64,000 nt of DNA from Corallochytrium limacisporum Hawaii (lineage: Eukaryota > Protista > Pluriformea). The stretch lies in assembly GCA_002811645.1 (NCBI GenBank), contig PDIP01000094.1:1-64000 (forward strand). The letters are read 5' to 3'. The position numbers and the translations under genes are program-made. Positions 41,301 through 51,285 of the stretch are shown here, one piece after another (within the stretch, counting starts at the first letter, position 1; each line of letters starts with the position of its first letter). The notes beneath the pieces are model-generated. The model searched no databases. It saw nothing but the letters and a program-made list of their open reading frames with translations, and was not told the origin of the DNA.

Positions 41301-41998
41301 TGCCCGCAGGCGACCTGAACAAAAGTTTGTGTCTCAAGCGCATCCAAGCGCTCCAGATGAGTTCGCCGCGGCTTTTTGTGTCCTAATTGGCCGTGATCAT
41401 TGCTACCACATACGTAGATGACACCATCTTGACCAATTAATGCAGTGTGGTGTGATCCGAGGGATGCAGCGCTAACGGACTTTGCTGAAAATGATTCAAT
41501 CATACGTGGTTTCTTCACCGCGATGTCATCAATGCCACCAAGGCCAAGCTGCCCACTGTCTGCGCGCCCACACACATACAGACCTTGTTCTTCCGTAGCA
41601 ATGGGTGACAGGTCCTCCATTATCGATGATGAGGTTCGGTGTGACACAGCAGAATTGACTATTGACCCGTTGAACTTGAGTGCTGCTCCATTGTCGCCGG
41701 AAATGCCGTTGGCGAGGGTCATGGCTTCCTCAGTCTTCTCAATAGCAATTTCTACTGATTTGCTCTCTGTCAGCTCCACCTGCTGACTGGGTCCCTCCTT
41801 ACTACCTGGAGGGTTGACGCATTGCTGACGGATACCAGACTCGTCCTTGAAGAACTTCCTCTGAGGCTGTTCTAATTCTGCCGATTCGGTTGGGTCCTTC
41901 TCCGCAATATGCGTCTCTGGGTGTTCTGGCGCAGTGTTAATGCTGGATTGCCCTTGTCCACCCTTGTGATCCTTCCCAAACGGCCAAAAGGAGACCAT
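38363..41998 (-). CDS. HERC4: Small HERC (HERC3/4-like) E3 ubiquitin ligase, RCC1 repeats plus HECT
   Basis: About seven RCC1 repeats (VYSWGDNSQGQLG, IACGKHHT). HECT motifs FIGEDAVDEGGVRKEFF and LPVAHTCFNILDLPEY with the catalytic Cys. Confidence 0.95.
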   Translation of the reverse strand: MVSFWPFGKDHKGGQGQSSINTAPEHPETHIAEKDPTESAELEQPQRKFFKDESGIRQQCVNPPGSKEGPSQQVELTESKSVEIAIEKTEEAMTLANGISGDNGAALKFNGSIVNSAVSHRTSSSIMEDLSPIATEEQGLYVCGRADSGQLGLGGIDDIAVKKPRMIESFSAKSVSAASLGSHHTALIGQDGVIYVCGSNDHGQLGHKKPRRTHLERLDALETQTFVQVACGQAHTLALASNGAVYSWGDNSQGQLGHGRVEERVERPRRIKGFGPGQSETAVVAIAVSLTSSYALSRDGKLFCWGDNGNGQLGLSNWVSDGYPAMVRLLEHCPIVKIAAGGYHFVALSALGVLYGFGCNEFGQLGTGSTKHTERPHVIRSLLHAEVREIACGKHHTVALTRSGSIFTFGAGSSGQLGHGDRKHQSNPRQVIDLMGTEVVQIHAGEAHTLAVTKSGKILAFGANGNGQLGLSDAGAPDMITLPQAVAPSLGKWSEDGKCLIGSRVFAGGNHSVFAVTSLDGKEVEEQARKEQVASQLWDQRIWTAGSIPVTLSADEARMMAKVYEQATFDDEEQHRHARVLMDTVKSKDMQTLFSSAACINGSFIRRPPGDPLDRLFVDTESAALLFNAIWKYGDELLRLSIGNGVCKAIGELARIKINFVEQLTVLFICLECPVFMEPVHHSSAIKYLCGIQMALQGTPKEQFRRFLAELPDASFHRAITVMHNAIEYYLEKHKDMQGIVSAVTFLDTLWNVNRELRGQNHRAIESDYAHTVSSADRATHIVTRLPHQTFYNAAVCKLNLSEDFMRWVDPQTKSSFSYCSHPYLFDPATKVGLLHYHAALVMQQKVMTSMLGTQGLPGQQNPFLVFTVRRDHLLQDTLAQINTSKDFKKPLRVQFIGEDAVDEGGVRKEFFMLVVRDLTSPDYGMFTVLEDSQYIWFSPQSWEDPMMYRVVGVICGLAIYNFTIIDLKFPIVLYKRLLGQEITLDDFAIMMPVVAKNLQYLEDYDEDDFEDVFQLTFSVSYEIVGELKNFDLIENGSKVPVTKNNRHEYISLYIRHFVQDRCKDAFQNFMEGFLFVCGGPVLEMFNAEELMTLVIGGQIYDFKALERNTRYANGYDVNHPTIRMFWTVFNELSMEMKKKFLVFCTGNDRVPVRGFESLQFVIQRSGTDGNRLPVAHTCFNILDLPEYRDMDTLRRKLLLAIENYHGFGLV

Positions 41999-43523
41999 AT
42001 TTCCTCTTCACTTTAGTTCACTCTCGGCCTCTACATATCCGGTGCTCCTCCGTCTCACGTTCTAAAGTGATGTAAACTCATTTCTCCCGAGGTATTGCTA
42101 TACTCAGTGCGCAGTCGAATTGGAGAACAGCACAGCACTGTGATATCTCACTGCTGTGGACAAGACATGAACCTCATGTACCAGAACACTCTTTGAAGAC
42201 TTCTCGGCGCCATTAGCCCCGAAGTGTCTCAGCATTCCTCTTCCCCCCGGGGGGTTTCCCTTGGGCCCCGTGTTACTAGAACGTATTGCGAAGAGAACAG
42301 TTTTTCTGGTAGCTACTGCAGCGGCGGACCCCTACGCCCCGGGAGGGGGGGCGGTCCGGAATACCACGGTACCATAACTGTCTGCGCAGCGAGCAAAGAA
42401 AACAGGCGGGGTGAACCCCCCCACGGGCGCCCGGCACCCCCCCCCCTCTGTGTCCCCATCGCTCCCGACTGCCCCCCCCCCCGGGGGGACCTCCCCTGCC
42501 CTCCTCCTAATTGTCTTTCTCCCTTGTCCTTTTCGTCGTGCTTGCCCGTACTTCCTGAGCCTTCGCTGGGAAATTTCTGTTCCGGAACCAAAAAAAAACG
42601 GGAGAACTACCCAAACCCCCTGCCTGCCCCCGCATAGAGGGGGGGTTGAGCTGCGGGTGGAAGGGGGTGACAGATGTGTCGCCCTGCGTGTGCACTACTA
42701 CTGAGTGCATCACCTGATTTGCGGGGGTCACCAGCAGACGTTGGGATGGGTTTGAAGACGCCGAGCTGGATGAGTCCTGCTCTCCATTCGTGTGACAGTG
42801 CATGGTGCAGGAACAATCGCGATGTATAGGGTTCTGTTGTGTGTTTGATGACGCTGCATGTTATGTTTGGCAAAGGACAGTCCAAAGTACAGTTGCAATC
42901 CTTCTAGCACCTCGATTGAATGTGATCCGCGTTGCCAATGTTGTTGCGACGGCCACTAGTGACTTGTGATATGTCCGGTTTTATGGTGGTTGCGGAGAGA
43001 AGCGCGCCCAGATGGTAATGATTCAAAGCAGGGACAGGAAAGTTGCTGCGGGTAGCATTGGTAAGCACATCAGCAAATTTGTTTGGAGGGGGCTCGGGAA
43101 GCCGGAGCTAAACCTGGAAGAGTGCGTCATTGGCTTGTTGTCAAAATCCATGATTTGCAGCTGGGCTAACCGCGTTACTATACAAAATGCCCAAAGATTT
43201 AAATCAAAGTCTATACTAAATCAAAAGTATATTATGTATTCACAAATGTGAATCATTACTTGAATCAAAGGAAGCGTTCAGACGGCGGGCGAGTTTTGGG
43301 TTCATGTAATGTAGGCAGTCGTTTGAAATGCAGGTCACAACAAACGGAAAGATTACGCGTGTAAGCGAATATCTTGCTGTTCAGTTTCCGTTGGCCATGT
43401 TGAATAGATTGCGGTGTCTGATTCTGGTATTTACATTTCCAGGGTGTTCACTGAGCGCGTCGTAACCTCGTGATCGTGCATAGTTAGCGGGAACCGCACT
43501 ATTCTGATCATTCGTCCTCCACA

Positions 43524-44690
43524 ATGTCAACAGAACTGGAAGATGAAGTTTCGTGGCGTCGTGTGACACTCGCAGAGGGTTCACCTATTCCCAGTTTCCG
43601 ACGGTATGCAGCAAGTGAGTTCATCAACGGGAAGATGTATTTGTTCGGAGGGCTGTCATCTGGAAGGCAGGCAGCTGATGATCTGTGGGAATACAGCCCC
43701 GAGAACAAGACATGGAAACAGGTTGAGATCAGCGGACAGAAGCCCCCGGCTAGAGGTGCTTGTTCTTCTGCAGTGATTGGCGGGAAAATGTATGTTTTCG
43801 GAGGCATGGCGGATAAGAAGATGAGATTCAATGACGTCTGGTGCTTTGATCCGGCCACTGCGGCCTGGTCCGAAACTACTACAACCGGCGAGCAACCGAG
43901 CAGCCGCTCCCAGTGCTCAGGGGCAGTACTAGGGAACCGTTGGCTAATATTTGGAGGATCTTTGAGTTTGAAGAAGCAGGATGGTGCCCTCTGGGAGCTT
44001 ACAATAGGTAAGTCTTTGTTTCTGTGATATTTGCATCTTAACTTGTTTGTTAGTGTTTGTTTGTTGATCTGGACTCATGACGTCTAACGTTCCTCAAATG
44101 TTTTTCTTCTTAACTAAACAGACGACACTGGAAGTGGTCGATGGCAGTGTCTCTTCGATGCAGGTGAAAGTTCTCGATCCATCACACCTCGTGCAGGTGC
44201 TCTAATGTGGCACCACAAGGCCCGACTTCATGTCCTTGGTGGCTTTGCCGGTGAAGGCGAGGATGAGCATCTCAGTGACGCGTACGTCCTGGACCTCGCA
44301 CAACTGACAGGTGATGGGTCTGCGTCGTGGACTGAACTTGAGCTCTCCGGCGCGCTACCCGGCACGGGCCGTGGTATTAACGGAGTTGTCTACGAAGGTG
44401 GCGTCTTCGTCTATGGCGGCTACGGTGGGGGCAAACCGGTCGGCGAGCTATTCTATGCAAGTACCGTAAACCCGGAGCAATGGAAAGCTGTGGAGTGCTG
44501 GCTTGAATTTGATCCAACCAATGTAGACCTAGCAGCAACGGGATCAATGGGCGTGAAGCCGACTCCACGGTACGGCAATGCCATATGCTTGAACGACGAT
44601 ACCCTCATCTCTTTTGGTGGATCAGGGTCGACCTACTTCAATGACATTGTGGAATTTGTCTTACCGAGAACCGTACCGATACAGAAGTAG
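43524..44690 (+). CDS. Kelch-repeat beta-propeller protein, two exons (43524-44007, 44122-44690)
   Basis: Repeats MYLFGG, MYVFGG, WLIFGG, LHVLGG, VFVYGG and LISFGG. Splicing 44008-44121 joins the two track ORFs in frame (ELTID-DTGSGRW...ALMWHH). Confidence 0.9.
44008..44121 (+). other. Spliceosomal intron, 114 nt
   Basis: GTAAGT donor, T-rich body, CTAAC branch-like site, pyrimidine tract and CAG acceptor. Removal restores the reading frame. Confidence 0.9.
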
Positions 44691-44816
44691 GGAGTGCCCA
44701 TGATGTGGTTTTAATACACACCATCTAGTAATCCTTCAAAGAATTTGTTGGCTCTGACCAGTGAGGTAGTGTCTTCTCAGTCTTTCCTGGAGCTGGAACT
44801 ACACGTTCGACTACAC

Positions 44817-45176
44817 TCAATCGTTCAACCATCCATTCTGCTTGACGATCTTTGCTTTTTCCATGATAAACTTGCCCTCTTTATACTTTTGTGATGATTC
44901 ATATGCTTCCTCATACTTCCAGCCGAGTGTTGTCGCACAACCAGTGCAGGTAATGTCACAGACGACATGCATTCCTGTCATCAGCATCCGCTTCTCCTTC
45001 TCTCCGCACTTGACGTTCACAACCTTATCGAATAGAAATGCCCGTCCGTGTCTTCCTTGGAAAGTCTTTGACACAACAGCCTCCTGGCTCGCTAGATGGC
45101 AATTGCATCTTGCGCAGAGATAAAGTCTCGGACTCTCAATGTACTCCCTGAGAAGATTCGGGGAGGGGCCCATCAT
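44817..45176 (-). CDS. YPEL: Yippee/YPEL/Moh1 zinc-binding protein
   Basis: [40 protein letters not shown] and [23 protein letters not shown]. Confidence 0.96.
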   Translation of the reverse strand: MMGPSPNLLREYIESPRLYLCARCNCHLASQEAVVSKTFQGRHGRAFLFDKVVNVKCGEKEKRMLMTGMHVVCDITCTGCATTLGWKYEEAYESSQKYKEGKFIMEKAKIVKQNGWLND

Positions 45177-46083
45177 GTATGTGCGTTAAATTTCAGTGGT
45201 ACCGATAGACAAAGACTTCAAGCGATCTATGTCTCCGTACTCTCCATGTACTATTTCATCTCATCATGTCGCAAACTATTGTTTCGGGCCCTTCCTAATT
45301 GCGCTACACGACATCACTAGCAACCTAAAGAATCGCATTATATCGCCTTACGCAATGATTTACTCTCGTTTCTTTCACCCTTGAAACTTAATACCATCAC
45401 CCTGTGCTTCGCTGAGCGGAAATTAACCCTTGCATATCACAGGATGGTAGACACGGTTCCACACCATGACCGGCCGCACCATCTACTTTTCACCTGAGGC
45501 CACGGCAGCGGCAGTGGGACACTCTCCACCTCCCCCGAGCATTCCTTCCCTGCGCTAACTACGGACCGAGGAGGGCTTCCTCCTGACCGACCCACTCCGC
45601 CTGAACCACCGGCCGGCCCCCCCCTCCCTTCCCCCTGGGCCGAGGACTGGTTTCAACCATCCCCAACACTTTCAGAACCATCGTATCTTTTATTTCACCA
45701 TTTTTAATTGTTTCATTACTGGGCAAGTCGTTTTCGTTCCTTCCTTCCTCGCTTGGCTTTCCTTCTCCTCGCCGGCGGTGCCTGGGATTCTCCTCTCTCT
45801 CTCTCTATCTCTCTCTATCTCTGTGTGGGTGACCAGCTGCGGGTTCTGCGCAAAGGTGGGACGGGATTTGCTTTAACCTCCCCCCCCCCCCCCCCCCCTC
45901 TCCTCTCGTCATCCGTCTTTTTCGTCATTTGCAGCCGGAGTGCTCACTCACCGTTACCCGACGGGCGAAAGTAGGCGAAAGAGTGCACAAGGGCACACAG
46001 ACCCAACCAAATAATCAGAAAAAAATTGAAAACTATGGCTGGGGGGAGGAGACTTGGGGACCAAAAAAAAGGGGGGGGGGGGA

Positions 46084-46260
46084 NNNNNNNNNNNNNNNNN
46101 NNNNNNNNNNNNNNNNNNNNNNNNNNNNNNNNNNNNNNNNNNNNNNNNNNNNNNNNNNNNNNNNNNNNNNNNNNNNNNNNNNNNNNNNNNNNNNNNNNNN
46201 NNNNNNNNNNNNNNNNNNNNNNNNNNNNNNNNNNNNNNNNNNNNNNNNNNNNNNNNNNNN
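46084..46260. other. Assembly gap (N run) following a G homopolymer
   Basis: N run in sequence. Confidence 1.
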
Positions 46261-46415
46261 ATGACGGGAGTTCTACCCACCCACCCGCCCCGGTGCGGGG
46301 CTTCTCACTGTTCGGACGCGGGAGGGGCGGACAGTGCCCGGTGGGTCTTTGCCGGTTTCCTTGGGTGGCAGTGGCGACGGCGGGGCGGGTCACGGTGATG
46401 GTGGTGGGGATCCGT

Positions 46416-47534
46416 TCAATGACCGCCCAGGATCACCTCACGTTGCTTGCGGATCGGGGCAATGTCCGATTCGTCTGCCTTGGAGATGTCGACAGCGAAG
46501 ACATCCATACCTTGAGGATCGACTTTGAAGACCTTGGACATGTTAAACACCCATCCCTGTAGAGATATCTTGTTGATGATTAGCAGCGATGAGAACTGAA
46601 TCTTCAAATTACGGGACGTCGTGCGGTGAGGTTTCACGTTAAACATGACCCGACGTAGGTCTCCCAAGGGCTTTGGGGCCATGAACTTAAAGTTGGTCTC
46701 GCCCTCTGGCTCAAAGACGTCCGCCGGTATCTTCAAGGAGGCTACGGATTTGGAGCCCTCCACCTTGGCATTCAGTGCCACCTGTAGCTTCTGGCTGCTT
46801 TCTGAGCCCATGATCAGGATGCATTCGTAGGGAATGCCATGGTGAAGAACTGTGTCGCATCCCTCCTGGATCAGAGCGTCAGAAACTGAAAAGAAGGACA
46901 TACCGCCGGACATGTTCTCCATGTAGATTGAGACCACTTTACCTCTGAAAAGGACCCCAGTATTCATGTACGGCTCGAACGTCAACTTGATCTTGGTGGC
47001 AACACCAATATCAGAGTGAACAATATTGTACGCGAAACTAGCCGCATCACCCAGGGGAACGCATCTATCCGGCTTCGCCAGCCTAAACGTCACTGACTGC
47101 CCACCTTCATTTTCGGCCTGAATTGTCATGTGCGGTTGGAGTCTCGGCAAGGGATCGGGAGACATGACAATGACGCCAATTCGCCAGTGCGTGAACTTTG
47201 ACATAGATGCCGTGGACAGTGTTCGAGGATTAAGGGTAATACCAAGTTTCAAGCTCCACTGTGGCTTGCCAAAGTCAACTTCCATGCGTGGAAGATGACT
47301 CTTCTTATCACCGCCAACCACATCTAGGAACGATGCCAGAGCACTGTCAGGCAGGTACTCTCGGATCCACTCAAGAAGCTCAGTTGGAGTGTCACCAAAG
47401 TCCTGCATGAACCATTTCAGAAAAACGGGTAAGCAGACGTGACACTGATCACATCCGATGTGGCACTGCGCGTTCAGATAGTTGGTCATAGACCTCAGGA
47501 TGTCCTCGCGATACGTCTTCTCATATAGAACCAT
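46416..47534 (-). CDS. C-terminal part of the DENN gene: end of DUF547 region plus two PLAT/LH2-like domains (out of frame with the upstream ORF)
   Basis: CLPVFLKWFMQDFG is typical of the segment following DUF547. PLAT-like motifs include FEPEGETNFKF..LGDLRRV and SDIGVATKIKL. Overlaps the upstream ORF by 40 nt. Confidence 0.65.
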   Translation of the reverse strand: MVLYEKTYREDILRSMTNYLNAQCHIGCDQCHVCLPVFLKWFMQDFGDTPTELLEWIREYLPDSALASFLDVVGGDKKSHLPRMEVDFGKPQWSLKLGITLNPRTLSTASMSKFTHWRIGVIVMSPDPLPRLQPHMTIQAENEGGQSVTFRLAKPDRCVPLGDAASFAYNIVHSDIGVATKIKLTFEPYMNTGVLFRGKVVSIYMENMSGGMSFFSVSDALIQEGCDTVLHHGIPYECILIMGSESSQKLQVALNAKVEGSKSVASLKIPADVFEPEGETNFKFMAPKPLGDLRRVMFNVKPHRTTSRNLKIQFSSLLIINKISLQGWVFNMSKVFKVDPQGMDVFAVDISKADESDIAPIRKQREVILGGH

Positions 47535-50338
47535 GACAATGGCGAGGACATGTTGGAGTCCGCAAGAATGAAGCAGGCTCCTTTGACGTCATCAGGCACG
47601 CTGACAATACCCTCGGGAAGGAAGTGGGACACAGCGGCAGTGTGTGTGTACATGGGACTGGTTGTGGGTGGCATGTCCCTTCGAAGTATCTGCCGATCTA
47701 AGATGGTCAGGGTTACAAATTCGTTGCCGATCTGGTAAGCGGCAATGGTATGTAACGCATACGCCTGCATACGCGTTCTTGGTACACCCAATTCGATGAG
47801 AGCGTGAAGCAAAAGGGCATTTCGACAGTTGCCCCAAAAGCAGAACGATTCATCAGGGCTTAGTTCACCGACCTCAATCTCCCCCAACATGTGGGACTTA
47901 GCACGAATTCTGCGGTATAGTTCAGCCCCATCAAGCTCAGCAATTTTCTTCGATTGACTGATCACAAGCAAGTCGTCCTTATCCTCAGACGCTGCGGAGC
48001 CATACAGCTCGATGAGATCCCAAAGAAGACTCTTTGCCAGCTCGGTCGGGTGCTGCTCGCCTATGTCCCCTTTCAAGTCTTCAATTGAGTCCATCTTCTG
48101 GAACATGTTCAAAACCACAATGCTTGTGGCATCAGATTCGCGCGCGCAGTTCTGTCCAGCTGGTAAGAACTTGTGACTGATGCTAACGCGGCCAACTTGC
48201 GTACCTGTCACACTTTGCGTTACACTACCATCCAAATCCTCCAAAATACTATCATCGCTTTGATGAAGGGAGCGTTCTCTTGATCGCCGAGTGCTGATGG
48301 ACGCTCTTATGCTAATTGCATCGGCGTCACTTCCACCGAGAACCGACACAGCGGTGCCCGTTGGAAATGGACTCTCAAGCGGGGAAATCAGGTAAGATTT
48401 GGGTCTCATAGGCATGCTACGGCGCTTGCTTCCTATTGCAGCATGATCACAGTACAAATGATTTGCCAGGTCTTCCGTTGTGACATCGATCTCCTCCAAA
48501 TCGGGTCCCAGGTCGTCATTCACATTTAGGCAAGTAAGGGAACCTAAATTGGTAATCTCGTGACACCTTGTGACTAAAGACTGCATCTTGCTTGACATGC
48601 CTTCCACCTCTGAGTCATTGAGAAGGTTACCGGTACGTGCAATGAGCCCCTTCACCAAGTCTATCAGTGGTCCTTTGCTCTCATCTGGCTGAATCTCGTT
48701 GTATACTCCCACAAAGTCTTGAAATGCACAGAGTGGACGATCCATGGAAACAAGCGCCAGAGCTCGCATGTATAGTAGCTCCCAGTCCGCTGCATTGGTG
48801 CTTTTGGATTCCAAGCAGTAGCTCAAGTATTCAACGCAGTGCTCACGTGGTTGCCATACATTCCGAGGTGCGTACCCAGAAGAAATCTTCAGGAAACTGC
48901 CTGATTCCACTCGGGGGACTGTGTCACAGCCGTCTTTGAATGGGTTCGGAAAACCAAATTTTCTGAAAGATTTAACATCGACCTCTTCCATACGTCCCAA
49001 GCTTATATCATCCTCCCGAAATCCATCCATATACTGTCCGAACAGCATGCTGTTCAGGAAATTTTCTGTAAACAATCGTTCCTCCTCACTCTTGTCTTGA
49101 AGCAACCGAGTCAGGTCATCGCCTTCCATGGCGTCAGTGTAGTAGATCGAGAATTCTTCGATGAGTAAACGAATGTGTTTCTCGACTACCCTCCGAAGGT
49201 CCTGATCGAGCTGCCTGGCATCAGCCACGTCGGCGGCAGGGCTGAGGACGAGACTGGGTCTCACACTGCCGTTTGACGTGTCCAGAGTTTCGACACCTTT
49301 GGTCAGGTCAAGTATGGATGACGAGTCGCAAGGTTCCTCCTGCGCCTGCCATTGCTTCTGTCCGTTTCTTGTGGTGTGCCCGTACAGCACACCTTTCAGA
49401 CTGTCCAGTAAAGAAAGCAGCAGATTTGGTGGCATTTGGGTCCCATTGACGACGCGATCGATGTCTGCATCACATACCACTATGTGATCCTGAGGGGCCA
49501 AGAGGCTGGGGAGCAGTGACTTTACAACATTATGCTCAACTCCGATCAGATATGGTGCAGGCGATTCCAAACACTCCACCAATGTCTCCGGCAGAGATGG
49601 AATGCATGTTGAGTGCCACTCCAGGGGGTACAGGAGCGTCATGAAACATTGGATCATGGGCGGCAAAAGCTCGGGGCTCGAAGTTACCACGACGACACTC
49701 CTCTCCTCAAGTAGCGATGCCACCACTGTACACACATTTCCCAGCCCAAGATGTTGGAAGACTGGATGCAACGGAAAGTCGACAATGGGCCCATGGCTGG
49801 GAGTATTAATCCTGAAGCGCTGTTTGCCCCACTTGAATTGTAATTCCAACGATCCGGGAGGAGGCATGGGCATTTCATACAGCAGGAAGCTGCTCACGCT
49901 GAAATTGAGCTCGCTGAAGGATGTCTCTTCATCAGGCGTGAAATTCAACTGTCGCAAAATCTGTAAGAAAGTGTCGAACAAAGGCCATAAGCTTACAATA
50001 GCACATGCACGCCATTGCTTCCGTTTTCCCAACGCATTTCCAACCACTTCCTCCAATGGTTTACAAAGACATGTGCCGTACTGCCGTACTCCGTATTCAT
50101 TGGTCATAAGAAAAGTTTGCGACCACTCTGTCAAATGTTCTGAAGCCTTCGGTGGAGTGCAAAACATTTCAACGGAGGAACAGATCCCGTCATGTCGATC
50201 AGAGTCTGCCAATTCCGGAACGATTTCGTATGTCGCCAGGCGAGCAATGTCGTCGATGAAAACAATATATTCGGCAACTTTGCCTTGAGAGGCAATGTCT
50301 TGCAACTCCCTTTCAACCCGCTCACTCTTTTTCTTCAT
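47495..50338 (-). CDS. DENN-domain Rab GEF-like protein with a C-terminal DUF547 domain (N-terminal part)
   Basis: uDENN FLMTNEYGVRQYGTCL; cDENN LLYPLEWHSTCIPSLP..CLESPAPYLIG; dDENN FLNSMLFGQY; DUF547 CFWGNCRNALLLHALI..AYQIG..LDRQILR. Confidence 0.85.
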   Translation of the reverse strand: MKKKSERVERELQDIASQGKVAEYIVFIDDIARLATYEIVPELADSDRHDGICSSVEMFCTPPKASEHLTEWSQTFLMTNEYGVRQYGTCLCKPLEEVVGNALGKRKQWRACAIVSLWPLFDTFLQILRQLNFTPDEETSFSELNFSVSSFLLYEMPMPPPGSLELQFKWGKQRFRINTPSHGPIVDFPLHPVFQHLGLGNVCTVVASLLEERSVVVVTSSPELLPPMIQCFMTLLYPLEWHSTCIPSLPETLVECLESPAPYLIGVEHNVVKSLLPSLLAPQDHIVVCDADIDRVVNGTQMPPNLLLSLLDSLKGVLYGHTTRNGQKQWQAQEEPCDSSSILDLTKGVETLDTSNGSVRPSLVLSPAADVADARQLDQDLRRVVEKHIRLLIEEFSIYYTDAMEGDDLTRLLQDKSEEERLFTENFLNSMLFGQYMDGFREDDISLGRMEEVDVKSFRKFGFPNPFKDGCDTVPRVESGSFLKISSGYAPRNVWQPREHCVEYLSYCLESKSTNAADWELLYMRALALVSMDRPLCAFQDFVGVYNEIQPDESKGPLIDLVKGLIARTGNLLNDSEVEGMSSKMQSLVTRCHEITNLGSLTCLNVNDDLGPDLEEIDVTTEDLANHLYCDHAAIGSKRRSMPMRPKSYLISPLESPFPTGTAVSVLGGSDADAISIRASISTRRSRERSLHQSDDSILEDLDGSVTQSVTGTQVGRVSISHKFLPAGQNCARESDATSIVVLNMFQKMDSIEDLKGDIGEQHPTELAKSLLWDLIELYGSAASEDKDDLLVISQSKKIAELDGAELYRRIRAKSHMLGEIEVGELSPDESFCFWGNCRNALLLHALIELGVPRTRMQAYALHTIAAYQIGNEFVTLTILDRQILRRDMPPTTSPMYTHTAAVSHFLPEGIVSVPDDVKGACFILADSNMSSPLSWFYMRRRIARTS

Positions 50339-51285
50339 AGTGCCAGGTATTTCCGTACTGAACCTGTTTTGAAATGAGAGAGTGTGTTTCTACGTTGTCA
50401 TGTTTTCGATTGTCCCAGGTAACGTTCTATTCCTCTTCATTTTTCGATGAGATATTTTAGTGTCGCTTTCTAATTTGATGTTTATGAAGTACCATGTTTC
50501 GTATATACTCCTATAACATAGATGATTCATTGATTGGATGTCCATATAATGCAATTCCGAGGACGAGTCTTCACAGTCCTTTGCCGCGGAGACACTTCCG
50601 CGTCCCAGTTTCCGCCCCGACCCCTCCCCTCGGTACCATTCAACTGCAGCACACTTCGCACTTGCTATACTGAATGTGTGGTAGAACTGACCGACGCTCT
50701 GCAACCAAGGCGCGCCCTTGAGACAAGGGAGCAGGGGGAGGAGGGAATTCGAACGAGACTCGCAAGCAGAACGAGGCGCAAATTAAAGGGGGACGGAGAA
50801 AGTGAATCTGAGGCTCGGTGCTGGTTCCGTATTGAGAGGCCCCAGGGCCCGTGCTCGATGGATCCGCCCCCTCCCCCCCCCCACACACCCCCCCTCCCAT
50901 TTCTTACCTCCCGTCCGAACGGGGGCAGTCGGGTTGCCCTGGTCGCCACAGCAGCGGACAAGCTTGCTCTGTGACTGTGGGCTTAGGATAGATGGGAAGA
51001 CAAGGGGGGGGGGGGAGGAGGCGGAGGGGGGAATGTGGGGTTTGGAGGGACCCTGATAGATCAGGGTTACTCCGAGTGAGGAAGACGACGATGATTGGAA
51101 CATGGCTGCAACTTACTGAAAGCCAAGGAACGATGTGAACAATCGGATATGTGTGAATTTCGTAGATGGCTAACAGAAGTGTTGTGTATATGTATCAATA
51201 TGGGATCTAAAAGAGAATTTTGGATGCTAACAACAGTGATGTTGCTTGTTGAACTTTGTGGGGCTGTAAGTGATACTACACCAAC

